From contig JBBTSV010000003.1 in NCBI GenBank assembly GCA_038064595.1, positions 41,150 through 105,149 of the forward strand: DNA of 64,000 bases. The letters run 5' to 3'. Numbering within the stretch: position 1 is the stretch's first letter; the number at the start of each line of letters is the position of its first letter. Of the stretch, positions 51,515 to 60,514 are shown in pieces. Under the pieces are notes generated by a model. It was given only the letters and a program-made list of their open reading frames with translations. It searched no databases and was not told the origin of the DNA. The DNA comes from Patescibacteria group bacterium. Lineage in GTDB: Bacteria; Patescibacteriota; Minisyncoccia; Phycocordibacterales; Phycocordibacteraceae. Made by a program: the position numbers and the translations under genes.

Positions 51515-52558
51515 ATGGGAAAGGAGATTAGGATTTCTATCACATCAGGCACCCTCCTGACCGCGCTTGCTGTCGGGGTGGGGGCCTACCTCTTCTGGCT
51601 TCTGCGCGACCTCGTGCTCTTGGTGCTTACCGCGATCATCATCGCTTCAGCGATCGAGCCGTGGATTGCCTTTTTTATCCGTTACCGCATCCCGCGTTTT
51701 GTGAGCGCACTCTTGGTCTACGGGATACTGTTTGGGTTCGTGTTTGGGATGCTGTACGTTTTCTTCCCGCCCGTCGTGGCTGATGCTACCGACTTCTTTT
51801 CGGCGATGCCGACGTATCTCGATACGCTCAATCTCCCCCCGACCATCACCAACTCGACCAGTTTTGTGAATACAACACAGGGCGACCAGTCATTCCTGCA
51901 TACGCTGTTATCGTTACAGTCCGTCTTTACGGCGACCTCTGAGGGGGTCGTACAGCTCATGGTGCTCTTCTTTGGTGGGCTTTTCTCCCTCCTTCTCATC
52001 ATCGTGCTCTCGTTCTACTTTGCTCTCCAGGATACGGGGGTCGACGACTTTCTGCGTCTTGTCTTGCCTGTGTCATATGAGAATTATGCAGTTGATTTGT
52101 GGCGCCGCTCACAGAAGAAGATCGGGCTCTGGATGCAGGGGCAGGTGGTGCTCTCGGTGATCGTTGGGGTTCTCGTCTACCTCGGTCTTCTCATTATTGG
52201 GGTTCCCTACGCGCTTTTGCTCGCCGTCTTTACTGCCGTTGCTGAAATCATTCCGGTGTTCGGGTCGCTTATCGCAGGCGCTCTTGCGGTGATTATCGCG
52301 TTCTCAAGTGGCGGAGTCCCTCTCGGGTTAGTTGTTGCGGGGCTCTACGTCGTCGTCAACCAGTTTGAGTCGAATCTCATCTATCCGCTTATCGTGAAGA
52401 AGATCGTGGGTATTCCCCCGCTTCTCGTCATCGTGGCACTTATCGCAGGGTACACGCTTGCGGGTCCTTTGGGTGTGGTGCTCTCGGTACCAGTGGCGGC
52501 TGTCGTGCTTGAATTTATTACTGATTTCGACAAGCGCAAGCGCAAAGCAGCAGCGTAA
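51515..52558 (+). CDS. AI-2E family transporter (PerM/UPF0118)
   Basis: 8 TM helices and the AI-2E C-terminal pattern. Confidence 0.8.
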   Translation: MGKEIRISITSGTLLTALAVGVGAYLFWLLRDLVLLVLTAIIIASAIEPWIAFFIRYRIPRFVSALLVYGILFGFVFGMLYVFFPPVVADATDFFSAMPTYLDTLNLPPTITNSTSFVNTTQGDQSFLHTLLSLQSVFTATSEGVVQLMVLFFGGLFSLLLIIVLSFYFALQDTGVDDFLRLVLPVSYENYAVDLWRRSQKKIGLWMQGQVVLSVIVGVLVYLGLLIIGVPYALLLAVFTAVAEIIPVFGSLIAGALAVIIAFSSGGVPLGLVVAGLYVVVNQFESNLIYPLIVKKIVGIPPLLVIVALIAGYTLAGPLGVVLSVPVAAVVLEFITDFDKRKRKAAA

Positions 52559-52562
52559 CATC

Positions 52563-53996
52563 ATGAGTGCTCGCTATCTCACCACCACGCTCCCGTATGT
52601 GAACGCCGATCCGCATATCGGCTTTGCGCTTGAGACGGTGCAGGCTGACGCGCTCGCACGCAGCTGGCGCCTCGCTGGAGAGGAGGTCTTTTTCTCCATG
52701 GGGACCGATGAGCACGGACAGAAGATATTTGATGCGTCGGTCAAAGCAGGACAAGACGTGCAGGCCTACGTCGATCACTATGCAGAAGAGGTGCACAAGC
52801 TCACCGGCGCGCTCAATCTCGAGATCGACGGCTTCATCCGCACCACCAGCCCCGAGCACAAAGCGGCAGCCCAGGAGATGTGGCGCCGCTGTGCCGATGC
52901 GGGAGATATTTATAAAAAGACGTATACCGGCACCTACTGCGTCGGCTGCGAGTCATTTAAGACCGAGAGAGATCTTGTGGAGGGGAAGTGCCCCTTGCAC
53001 CCTTCGCTCACGCCCGAGACAGTCTCCGAAGAGAATCACTTCTTCAAATTCGCAAAGTATCAGGATCGCTTGCTTGAGTATCTCACGCGGAGGGACAGCA
53101 TCATCCCCGAGTGGCGTCGTGAAGAGGCGATCGCTTTTGTGAAGAGCGGCCTTGAAGATTTCAGTATCTCGCGGGAGAAGAAGCGTCTCACGTGGGGCGT
53201 GCCGGTGCCCGGGGACGACGAACAGGTTATGTACGTTTGGTTTGATGCACTCACGAGCTACCTCTCCACGCTTGGGTGGCCTACCGATGCAGAAGGAAAG
53301 TTTAAAAAGTTTTGGGAAGAGGGCGCGACGCTCCAGATGGCGGGGAAGGACCAAGTGCGCTTCCAATCCCTCATGTGGCAGGCCATGCTTTTCTCGGCAG
53401 GCATTAAGAATACCGACCACGTGTTTTATCACGGGTTCATCAACTCGGGCGGACAGCGGATGAGCAAATCTTTGGGGAACGTCATCAGCCCGTATGACCT
53501 AGTGAAGAAATATGGTACTGATGCCACCCGCTATATCCTCCTGCGTCACGTGCACCCAGTCGAAGATTCTGACGTTACGTGGGAGCGTCTCGACGAGTGG
53601 TATACCGCCAACCTTGTGAATGGGCTCGGCAACCTCGTCGCTCGCGTGATGCAGCTCGCGGAGACGAATTTAACCAAGCCAGTTGCGCGCCTAGAGGAGT
53701 CGCCCTTTGCCGAGGAGTACTGGAGTGCGCTCGGCGCATTTGAGTTCAGTCGTGTTATGGACTCGATCTGGGCACGGATACAGAAGCTCGACGAGCGTAT
53801 CACAAGCGAGAAGCCGTTCGCGCTGGTGAAAGAAGATGCCGAGAAAGGTCGAGCCCTCATTGCTGACATGGTCGTTGAGGTCTACCAGATCGCACGGCTC
53901 CTCAGCCCCTTCATGCCCGCAACAAACGAGATTATTAAAAAAGCGGTTCTTGAGAACAAAAAGCCCGAGAATCTTTTTCCACGTTTGACTGTATGA
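52563..53996 (+). CDS. metG: methionine--tRNA ligase
   Basis: PYVNADPHIGF (HIGH) and KMSKSLGN motifs. ATG at 52563. Confidence 0.9.
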   Translation: MSARYLTTTLPYVNADPHIGFALETVQADALARSWRLAGEEVFFSMGTDEHGQKIFDASVKAGQDVQAYVDHYAEEVHKLTGALNLEIDGFIRTTSPEHKAAAQEMWRRCADAGDIYKKTYTGTYCVGCESFKTERDLVEGKCPLHPSLTPETVSEENHFFKFAKYQDRLLEYLTRRDSIIPEWRREEAIAFVKSGLEDFSISREKKRLTWGVPVPGDDEQVMYVWFDALTSYLSTLGWPTDAEGKFKKFWEEGATLQMAGKDQVRFQSLMWQAMLFSAGIKNTDHVFYHGFINSGGQRMSKSLGNVISPYDLVKKYGTDATRYILLRHVHPVEDSDVTWERLDEWYTANLVNGLGNLVARVMQLAETNLTKPVARLEESPFAEEYWSALGAFEFSRVMDSIWARIQKLDERITSEKPFALVKEDAEKGRALIADMVVEVYQIARLLSPFMPATNEIIKKAVLENKKPENLFPRLTV

Positions 53997-54793
53997 ACGT
54001 GAAGTATGTGGATGCGCACTGTCACATCCAATTTGATCAGTATCAAGAAGATCAAACAGAGCTCATCGAGCGGATGAAGGAAGAGGGCGTGCAGGGCATT
54101 GTTGTGGGCTGCAATCGGGAGAGCTCCGAGCGCGCTCTTGCGCTCGCTGAAAAACATGAGCACCTCTATGCGTCAGCTGGCCTACACCCCAACCGCGAGA
54201 ACGATGAAAGGTATGATATATCATACCAGCGAGAACTTGCGATGAATCCACTCGTGGTGGCGATAGGGGAGTGTGGCCTCGATTATTTTCGCCCCACGGA
54301 AGTGAATGATGCGGTAAAAGAGAGTCAAAAAGAATTATTGAAACAGCAGATTGCGCTCGCCGCCGAGCTCGATAAGCCGCTTATCATCCACTCTCGCCCA
54401 AGCAAGGGCACCCAAGATGCGTATCACGATTTGATTGAGATATTGACTGAAGCGAAGCAACAGCACCCCAACGTGCGCGGCGATATCCACTTCTTTGTGG
54501 GAGGCATTACTGAAGCGCAGGCGCTCATCGCGCTCGGTTTTACCCTCTCCTTCACCGCGGTGATAACCTTCACCCGCGACTATGACGAGGTAATCCGCTC
54601 GGTCCCGCTCGCCTCTATCCTCTCCGAGACAGACGCGCCCTATGTCGCACCGCTCGCGCGGCGCGGGCAGCGTAACGACCCCCTCGCCGTCATCGACGTC
54701 GTCGCCCAGATCGCCGCTATCCGCGGTGAAGACCCTGAAACCGTCCGTCAAACCCTCGCCGAGAACTCCAAACGCCTGTTTTTGCTCGGATAA
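53993..54793 (+). CDS. tatD: TatD family hydrolase
   Basis: HCHIQ, AIGECGLDY and HSR motifs. Contains palindrome copy D in frame. Confidence 0.85.
   Translation: MNVKYVDAHCHIQFDQYQEDQTELIERMKEEGVQGIVVGCNRESSERALALAEKHEHLYASAGLHPNRENDERYDISYQRELAMNPLVVAIGECGLDYFRPTEVNDAVKESQKELLKQQIALAAELDKPLIIHSRPSKGTQDAYHDLIEILTEAKQQHPNVRGDIHFFVGGITEAQALIALGFTLSFTAVITFTRDYDEVIRSVPLASILSETDAPYVAPLARRGQRNDPLAVIDVVAQIAAIRGEDPETVRQTLAENSKRLFLLG
54210..54227. repeat. palindrome copy D inside tatD (in-frame, encodes ERYDISYQ)
   Basis: AAAGGTATGATATATCATACC within the coding sequence. Confidence 0.85.
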
Positions 54794-54838
54794 GGGGCTC
54801 TTGCTATGGGGTAAATCGCGTGGTAGGATGTCGCTATT

Positions 54839-55333
54839 ATGGCTAAAAATAAGGATGCAGAGGTGAGTATGGACGATGTTGATGCGATCGGGAGTGATCC
54901 GCGTGTCTACGAGCTCGGCTTTCATCTTGATCCGGAGCTCCCGAGCGAGGAGGTTAAAAAGGCCTATCAGGCCGTGCGTGGGATGATCGCTGATGCGGGC
55001 ACCGTGGTCGCTGAGGGCGAGCCACACAAGATCCAACTCGCCTACACGATCTCCCGCCAAGAAGTAGGAGGGCGCCGCGACTTTGATAGCGCCCACTTCT
55101 CCTGGATCGCCTACGAGACGACTCCCGATAAGCATGCCGAGGTGATCGCTGCTGCGGGAGCGAATAAGCAGATCATTCGCTTCATCGATCTCATCACAAC
55201 CAAAGATGCGGCGCGTCACGCGGTCGAGATGCAGGAGATCGCGCTCACGATGCCGGAGCAGATCGAGGAGGAGCCGGATGCTCCTGCTGCGGGAGCTGAA
55301 CTCGATGCAGTCCTTGAGAAGGTCACCCTCTAA
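54839..55333 (+). CDS. rpsF: 30S ribosomal protein S6 (N- and C-terminal extensions)
   Basis: RVYELGFHLDPEL core. Lies upstream of ssb and rpsR in the conserved order. Confidence 0.8.
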   Translation: MAKNKDAEVSMDDVDAIGSDPRVYELGFHLDPELPSEEVKKAYQAVRGMIADAGTVVAEGEPHKIQLAYTISRQEVGGRRDFDSAHFSWIAYETTPDKHAEVIAAAGANKQIIRFIDLITTKDAARHAVEMQEIALTMPEQIEEEPDAPAAGAELDAVLEKVTL

Positions 55334-55336
55334 AAT

Positions 55337-55792
55337 ATGTACCTCAACAAAGCATTTCTCTACGGCAATCTCACTCGCGACCCAGAATTAAAGGCGCTCC
55401 CATCAGGTGGGCAGGTCGCCAGCTTCGGTATCGCGACCAACCGCACCTATAAGGACAAGAATGGTGCCAAGCAGGAAGCGACCGAGTTCCATAATATCGT
55501 TGCGTTCGGTCGCACGGCTGAAGTTATCGCGCAGTATATGAAGAAAGGTCGCCCGATCTTTGTTGAAGGTCGGATCCAGACCCGCTCATGGGATGACAAA
55601 GAGACGGGTAAGAAGAACTACCGCACCGAGATCGTCGTCGACAACTTCCAGTTTGGCGCCGATGCCAAGGGCGGTCCCTCGACAGGCTCTGGGCAAGCAG
55701 CCGGTACATCAGATGAACACTCGGCGCCGAGCGAGGGCGAGACGATCAAGTATCCAGACGAGGAGATCAACCCAGAAGACATTCCTTTTTAA
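55337..55792 (+). CDS. ssb: single-stranded DNA-binding protein
   Basis: OB fold NKAFLYGNLTRDPEL and an acidic C-terminal tail ending DIPF. Confidence 0.9.
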   Translation: MYLNKAFLYGNLTRDPELKALPSGGQVASFGIATNRTYKDKNGAKQEATEFHNIVAFGRTAEVIAQYMKKGRPIFVEGRIQTRSWDDKETGKKNYRTEIVVDNFQFGADAKGGPSTGSGQAAGTSDEHSAPSEGETIKYPDEEINPEDIPF

Positions 55793-55801
55793 TTTATTAC
55801 C

Positions 55802-56008
55802 ATGGCCTACCAAGCAGAGCGCGAAGAGATTGAGATTAAGAAGTTTATCGACTACAAAGACGTTGCGTATCTACGCCAGTTCACCAATGCACACGCCAAG
55901 ATGCTCGCGAAGAAGCGTACCGGAATCCCGGCGCTGAAGCAGCGTGAGATTATGCAAGCCGTGAAGCACGCTCGCTACATGGCGCTCCTCCCCTACGTCG
56001 CTGCGTAA
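55802..56008 (+). CDS. rpsR: 30S ribosomal protein S18
   Basis: IDYKDVAYLRQF S18 signature. Confidence 0.9.
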   Translation: MAYQAEREEIEIKKFIDYKDVAYLRQFTNAHAKMLAKKRTGIPALKQREIMQAVKHARYMALLPYVAA

Positions 56009-56010
56009 GT

Positions 56011-56050
56011 AAAAAACAAAAGCCGCTCGGAGAGAGCGGCTTTTGTTTGT
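56011..56050. terminator. bidirectional intrinsic terminator
   Basis: A-run, then the GCCGCTC-GGAGAGA-GCGGC hairpin, then a T-run, between convergent rpsR and efp. Confidence 0.8.
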
Positions 56051-56625
56051 TATGCTTTCTCGACGCGCTCGGTGTACTCGCCCGTGTCGGTATTGATGCG
56101 GATGATGTCGCCCGGATTGATGAAGAGGGGAACGTTCACCTTGGCTCCAGTGACGAGCTCGGCGAGCTTGGTCCCGCCAGAGACCGTGTTGCCCTTCACC
56201 GCGGGCGGCGCATCTTTGACCTCAAGCTCCACCTTGATAGGGATTTTGATCGTCATAGGCTTTTCTTCGTAGGTGAGGACCTCGACCACGTCATTTTGTT
56301 TAAGCCACTGGACCTGATCGTGTACCTGGTCGAGCTGGAAGGAGAAACGATTCTTCGGGTTTCCCTCCTCGGCAAACCAACTTTCCTTACTATTAGAATA
56401 GAGGTAGACGGCATTCATCCGCTCTGTGTCGGCCTCCTCTGCCGTCTCGTTTGAGTGAAAGGAGATCTCCAAGACGCTGCCGGTGACCATGTTGCGCAAC
56501 CGCGTCTGATTGACCGGCTTGCGCTTCTGCATGCGGAAGATATGGGCCGAAAGTACCTCGTAGGGGGCGCCGTTATAGGTGATTATTTTCTTCGGGAGGA
56601 TTTCGTTGTAGGAGAGTACGGCCAT
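56050..56625 (-). CDS. efp: elongation factor P
   Basis: EF-P three-domain pattern. Confidence 0.9.
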   Translation of the reverse strand: MAVLSYNEILPKKIITYNGAPYEVLSAHIFRMQKRKPVNQTRLRNMVTGSVLEISFHSNETAEEADTERMNAVYLYSNSKESWFAEEGNPKNRFSFQLDQVHDQVQWLKQNDVVEVLTYEEKPMTIKIPIKVELEVKDAPPAVKGNTVSGGTKLAELVTGAKVNVPLFINPGDIIRINTDTGEYTERVEKA

Positions 56626-56721
56626 AGGGCTGAAACTAGGGGCGAATAAAAGAGGTTATAAAAAGTACCCGCCTCCGCGGAGCTCCGGCGAGGCGGGCCA
56701 CACAAAACGGATAATTCCTGT

Positions 56722-57315
56722 ATGCTAGCAGACACCATGAGTTTTTCAACCACCGAGCTTGCGACCCTCTCTGACGCCGAGATTCTCGCGCGCTCACAGA
56801 AGGAGCCAGACCTCTTTGCCATCCTCGTTCGCCGCTATGAGGCGCCGCTGCTGCGCCGCGCCCGCACCATCCTCAAGAGCCCCGAGGATGCTGAAGAGGT
56901 CGTCCAGGACGCCTTTACCAAGATGTATCTCTATGCCGATAAATACCAGCCCCAAGAGGGCGCGACGTTTTCATCCTGGGCGTATACGATTCTCAACCGG
57001 GTCGCCTATACGAAGTATCGCTCCAAAAGCCAAGAGTGGGGCAAGCGTGCAGAACTCTTGCCCGAGCACTACGAGTCACTTCCAGACGCTCGTGCGGAGT
57101 TTCTTGAAGATCTCTCGATTAGAAATGAGGTGATCGCGGCACTCGCTAAATTGCCCGAGGCTGCGGCGAAGATTTTAAGACTTCAGTTTATAGAAGGGAA
57201 GACTCAAGAGGAGATTGCGCGTGTCGAGGATCTCTCGATACCAGCGGTGAAGACGCGCGTGCATCGCGCCAAGAAATTATTTAAAGAAGCGTATGATGAA
57301 CAACACCATGACTGA
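56722..57315 (+). CDS. ECF-type RNA polymerase sigma-70 family factor
   Basis: Region 2 (EEVVQDAF) and a region 4 HTH. Confidence 0.85.
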   Translation: MLADTMSFSTTELATLSDAEILARSQKEPDLFAILVRRYEAPLLRRARTILKSPEDAEEVVQDAFTKMYLYADKYQPQEGATFSSWAYTILNRVAYTKYRSKSQEWGKRAELLPEHYESLPDARAEFLEDLSIRNEVIAALAKLPEAAAKILRLQFIEGKTQEEIARVEDLSIPAVKTRVHRAKKLFKEAYDEQHHD

Positions 57316-57637
57316 ACAGCGATCAGAGATTGAGCGTATCGTGATGCAGCGCGTCCACCTTATTCGTGCGCTGCGCGTCGCGATCTCCGGCGGGGTACTC
57401 TCCACCCTTGTCTCCTTCCTCGCAATCTGGGGGATCGGGAAGCAGGTGTGGGTCGCTCGTGTGCTTGAGAACGCGCCCAAGGATCCCCTCGCACTTCCGC
57501 ACTTCTACTGGGCAGCCTTTGACCACACCACGCTCGCGGTGCAGGCTCTCGTGGTTGTTATGGCGATCTGCTTTCTCATCATCGCGCGCGAGATCGCCCG
57601 CGCCATCACGATCGTCACTAACCCCGAGAGTATCTAG
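57293..57637 (+). CDS. membrane protein, possible anti-sigma factor
   Basis: Two TM helices. Overlaps the 3' end of the sigma gene. Confidence 0.35.
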   Translation: MMNNTMTEQRSEIERIVMQRVHLIRALRVAISGGVLSTLVSFLAIWGIGKQVWVARVLENAPKDPLALPHFYWAAFDHTTLAVQALVVVMAICFLIIAREIARAITIVTNPESI

Positions 57638-57677
57638 TGCAGTGTCGGACATAATTTTCCACAATCGTTCATAACGT

Positions 57678-57719
57678 CATGTACCTTCCTTTACGCTATA
57701 GCGTAGAATAAGGTACATG
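57678..57719. promoter_or_regulatory. 42-nt palindromic site CATGTACCTT..TACGCTATAGCGTA..AAGGTACATG overlapping the PaaX-like start codon
   Basis: Near-perfect dyad. A second copy lies at 58386-58425. Confidence 0.5.
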
Positions 57720-58367
57720 AGAGTTGGTAAGACAAATACAAAAGATGAACGTACCCCAACGCATAGGAATATTGGAAAAGTTATTGCGCGCGGGCGCGGG
57801 AATCGGCGCGTGCCGCTCCAAACGATTATCCTTGGAACAGTAGCGGTGACTGGTGTTCTTGCGGTCGGACTCGTTGCGCCAAGCACACTGCGTCTTTTTG
57901 AATACCTCATTCCCACATCTCGCAAAAATACGATTCGATTCAATCAGCGCATTACCCAGGCGCTCCTTCGACTTGAGCGACGTGGGCTGATCCAGATAAC
58001 TGGAGAGGGAAGAAAGCGAGAAGTACACCTGACCTCGCAGGGCGAAAGTATCATTGATGCGCTGTATGCAGGGGCATACGTCATCCCTCTGCCTCTTCGT
58101 TGGGACGGGAAATGGCGGCTCGTGATGTTCGATGTGCCCGAGCAACGAAAAAAAGTCCGCGACACGCTCCGCCTCCTCTTACGGAGCGCCGGGTTTATCC
58201 GTTTTCAAGACAGTGCGTGGATACAGCCGTATCCGTGTGATGAGCTTGTAACCCTCCTGCGCTCGCATCTTGGGAGTGGAAAAGGGGAGATACGATATCT
58301 CGTCGCCTCCTTTGCCGATGAGAGTGACTTTGCTTTTCGCAAGCACTTCGACCTTGTCGTGGGCTAA
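57717..58367 (+). CDS. PaaX-family transcriptional regulator (short form)
   Basis: A winged-HTH, then WDGKWRLVMFDVPE ... GFIRFQDSAWIQP, which matches the PaaX core. Confidence 0.7.
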   Translation: MRVGKTNTKDERTPTHRNIGKVIARGRGNRRVPLQTIILGTVAVTGVLAVGLVAPSTLRLFEYLIPTSRKNTIRFNQRITQALLRLERRGLIQITGEGRKREVHLTSQGESIIDALYAGAYVIPLPLRWDGKWRLVMFDVPEQRKKVRDTLRLLLRSAGFIRFQDSAWIQPYPCDELVTLLRSHLGSGKGEIRYLVASFADESDFAFRKHFDLVVG

Positions 58368-58385
58368 CAGCGCGGAGATATTTGA

Positions 58386-58425
58386 ATGTACCTTATTTCA
58401 CGCTATAGCGTAGAAGATGGTACAT
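58386..58425. terminator. second copy of the palindrome, followed by a T-run (likely terminator between convergent genes)
   Basis: ATGTACCTTATTTCACGCTATAGCGTAGAAGATGGTACAT followed by ATTTTTAT. Confidence 0.45.
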
Positions 58426-58440
58426 ATTTTTATCGAATGT

Positions 58441-59121
58441 CTATGGACCGTAGAGCTCGAGGAACTTTGACTTCGATATTGAGGCAAGCGCCTTGTGTTT
58501 AGACGGATTTCTGTCGCTTACGGTAAAGCCAAATCTTTCCGCCAGTTTTGGTTGTTCAAAAATGATCCACGAATGGCCGCTCAATTCTTGAACACTCTGT
58601 AATGTCGGATCGGTAACCAAGCATCGTGCGAGTTCCTGAAGTCCGTGCCTGAACAGAGCAGACCACTCAAGGGGACGTTTTGTAAATGTTGCCGGTATAT
58701 GCAGATTGATATGCGTTTCATTCTCAAGTTCATATGATAACGCTTCATTTATAGGTATCCAGCCGCTTCGTTCTGCGTTGTGAATGCGCAATTTCTTTTC
58801 GAATTCTTCCGGAGAATTAGATCGGAGCGCAAACGTGGCGAATCGTTGTGCTACCTCATTGGTCAAATCAGCATCAGTTTCAAACTGCGTTTCGAGCACG
58901 CTTGTGATGAAGTCAGCATACTCTTCTTGTATATCGGGGAATAAACTCTGGCCCACCTCTGCGAGACGAGCAACCATGACTTTCTTTTGCGTCTCTCGGT
59001 CAGTGTCTGGCGGCATTTCGCGCACGTAGCGATCGAGCATCGATTGGAGTCGTTTCGCGAGAGTCGTAGTTGCGCGTTCCTTATCGTCTTGGGGCCCTTG
59101 TGACGGAAATTCTTCAGACAT
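58441..59121 (-). CDS. hypothetical protein
   Basis: 226-aa ORF with no recognisable motifs. Lower GC than its neighbours. Confidence 0.4.
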   Translation of the reverse strand: MSEEFPSQGPQDDKERATTTLAKRLQSMLDRYVREMPPDTDRETQKKVMVARLAEVGQSLFPDIQEEYADFITSVLETQFETDADLTNEVAQRFATFALRSNSPEEFEKKLRIHNAERSGWIPINEALSYELENETHINLHIPATFTKRPLEWSALFRHGLQELARCLVTDPTLQSVQELSGHSWIIFEQPKLAERFGFTVSDRNPSKHKALASISKSKFLELYGP

Positions 59122-59136
59122 TCTGTTTTCCTGACA

Positions 59137-60183
59137 TTACGCCTCCGCGAGCTTGGCTTTGATTTGCTTCAGGAGTTCTTTGGCGATGTCTTTGTTGTCG
59201 CGAAGGAAGGTGCGCGTTGCATCGTACCCGACACCGAGCTTGGTCTCACCCATGCGATAGGTCGCTCCTGACTTGGTCACGAGATCAAACTTCTCACCGA
59301 GCGCAATAAGCTCGCCCTCGCGGCTGATGCCCTCGTTATAGAGGAGATCAAACTCAGTCGTTTTAAATGGTGCCGCCACCTTATTCTTTACCACCTTCAC
59401 TCGCACGCGCCCGCCCACGACCTCTTCACCCTTCTTGATTGAAGCAATACGGCGAATATCGAGTCGTACGCTGGTATAGAACTTGAGTGCTTTACCGCCG
59501 GGCGTGGTCTCCGGGTTGCCAAACATCACCCCAATCTGCATCCGGATCTGGTTGATGAAGATGACGATGGTCTTAGAGCGCGCGGTGATAGCGGTCAATT
59601 TCCGCAGCGCTTGGCTCATGAGCCGGGCCTGCTTACCCATGTGCTGCTGACCCATCTCACCCTCGATCTCGTCTTTGGGGGTGAGTGCTGCGACTGAGTC
59701 CACCACAATGACGTCGACGTTTCCGCTTCTGACAAGACTCTCAACGATGTCGAGCGCCTGCTCGCCCGTGTCCGGCTGTGAGATAAGGAGCTCCTGGAGC
59801 TTTACTCCAATACGACGTGCGTACTCTGGATCGAGCGCGTGCTCCGCGTCGACAAAAGCAGCGATGCCGCCCGCTCTCTGCGCCTCGGCTATGACATGGA
59901 GCGCAAGTGTTGTTTTGCCCGAAGATTCTGGACCAAATATCTCAATGATGCGCCCGCAGGGGAGACCGCCGACTCCAAGCGCGGCATCCAGCCCGATCGA
60001 GCCAGTCGAGATGGCAGGAACTTTCTGTGGCGTACCAGCGCCATAGGTGGTGATCGCTTCGTCGCCGAACTTCGTGCGAATTTCCTTCAGCGCCTGGTCG
60101 ATCGATTTCTGGCGTTCGGTCTTATCTGAGCTTGCAGCGGCGAGTGTTTTGGCGACCTTTTCTTTCTTTGGCTTAATAGGCAT
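59137..60183 (-). CDS. recA: recombinase RecA
   Basis: Walker [10 protein letters not shown] and the RecA core. ATG at 60183; the ORF-track upstream extension begins with TTG. Confidence 0.9.
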   Translation of the reverse strand: MPIKPKKEKVAKTLAAASSDKTERQKSIDQALKEIRTKFGDEAITTYGAGTPQKVPAISTGSIGLDAALGVGGLPCGRIIEIFGPESSGKTTLALHVIAEAQRAGGIAAFVDAEHALDPEYARRIGVKLQELLISQPDTGEQALDIVESLVRSGNVDVIVVDSVAALTPKDEIEGEMGQQHMGKQARLMSQALRKLTAITARSKTIVIFINQIRMQIGVMFGNPETTPGGKALKFYTSVRLDIRRIASIKKGEEVVGGRVRVKVVKNKVAAPFKTTEFDLLYNEGISREGELIALGEKFDLVTKSGATYRMGETKLGVGYDATRTFLRDNKDIAKELLKQIKAKLAEA

Positions 60184-60514
60184 ACGGGACGAAAATGGTG
60201 CGGGTAAGGGTAACCGATCTTCCGAAGCGGTCTTCTGCTTCAACGGTAAGTATAGACCCTCCCTGTGGGAAGGTCAGCGTTGACGAAAAGTATCCCTGCT
60301 GGTCATATCCCAACGGGAGTCCGTTGAGCGCGAGGCGAGTAATGCGCGCGGCTACCCCGCTCACTGTTACGATACTACCGGTCACTTCCGCAAATTCTTC
60401 AGGGGTGGAGATGGAGAGGGAGGGACCCGCAAGAAGTGGCCACGCCTTAAACACGCCGTACCCTCCACTGATAAGGAGTATGACACCAATGAGGTATTTG
60501 GTCATACTAGCGTA

